The position numbers and the translations under genes were made by a program. A model generated the notes under the pieces. It was not told where the DNA came from, did not search any database, and saw nothing but the letters and a program-made list of their open reading frames with translations. From an uncultured bacterium (GTDB taxonomy: Bacteria > Gemmatimonadota > Gemmatimonadetes > JACCXV01 > JAHWKZ01): DNA of 35,235 nt. The DNA is taken from assembly GCA_965365605.1 (NCBI GenBank), contig CBDUCI010000003.1:1-35235 (forward strand), in the 5' to 3' direction. The number at the start of each line of letters is the position of its first letter. The stretch's first letter is position 1. This document shows, one piece after another, positions 34,978 to 35,235 of this stretch.

Positions 34978-35235
34978 TCAATCGACCGAGGCGATCGTCC
35001 TTCCAGCCGAGAACTCGACCAGTTCTGCGCGGAACTTCCCGAGGCCGATCTTGCTCGACAACTTGACCGGCATGTGCCGATCGTCAGCGGTGATCCAGAT
35101 CAGGTTCTCGCCGCCCTTCTTGAACATGCCATGGTTGGTCTTGAAATCGAGCTTCAAGAGGTAAGTCTCGAATGTTCCGGCGGGCACCTTAATGCGTTCC
35201 TTCTTGAGAACCTGAATCCCCAGCGGGTTATCCCC
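34978..35235 (-). CDS. DUF3108-like protein, C-terminal part (truncated by window)
   Basis: VLKKERIKVPAGTFET..IWITADDRHMPVKL..IGLG. The frame is open to the window edge. Confidence 0.75.
   Translation of the reverse strand, partial: GDNPLGIQVLKKERIKVPAGTFETYLLKLDFKTNHGMFKKGGENLIWITADDRHMPVKLSSKIGLGKFRAELVEFSAGRTIASVD

Noticed and set aside
1-35235. CRISPR arrays, tRNA/rRNA, IS elements, prophage or defence islands
   Set aside because: No spaced repeats, RNA-gene signatures, transposase, integrase or phage genes were seen, and intergenic gaps are nearly all under 150 bp.

Overview
A gene-dense, GC-rich (roughly 65% by eye) bacterial chromosomal segment with about 38 genes, mostly housekeeping and cell-envelope functions. 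I found no rRNA, tRNA, CRISPR array, integrase or transposase. Gene order: nudix-cutA-parA-TPR protein-cystathionine lyase/synthase-purD-mutM (+); ubiE/menG-arginase-phosphoesterase-CMD/AhpD remnant (-); ECF sigma-putative anti-sigma-bactofilin-like membrane protein-secreted protein-methyltransferase-lipoprotein (+); two ABC half-exporters and an NlpC/P60 peptidase (-), interrupted by a lipoprotein-DsbA pair (+); TrbI-like lipoprotein; ggt; nfeD-5-formyl-THF cyclo-ligase-ABC ATPase/permease-dacB (+); HicB-like membrane protein; DHH phosphoesterase; mrp; PDZ protein; CPBP protease; Kdo kinase; second dacB; truncated DUF3108 gene. The most interesting observations are: (1) an orphan ParA coupled to a basic-peptide/disordered-linker/TPR protein, a candidate positioning system; (2) an ECF sigma module with its likely promoter motif (GAAAC-N17-CGTA) both just upstream of and inside the 3' end of its own gene; (3) a HicB-fold domain with a C-terminal membrane anchor and no HicA; (4) a collapsed CMD/AhpD gene hidden in an apparent intergenic gap; (5) point lesions in an ABC exporter and in dacB; (6) very tight divergent gene pairs and apparently leaderless promoters. 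All assignments come from motif recognition by eye. No database search was run.
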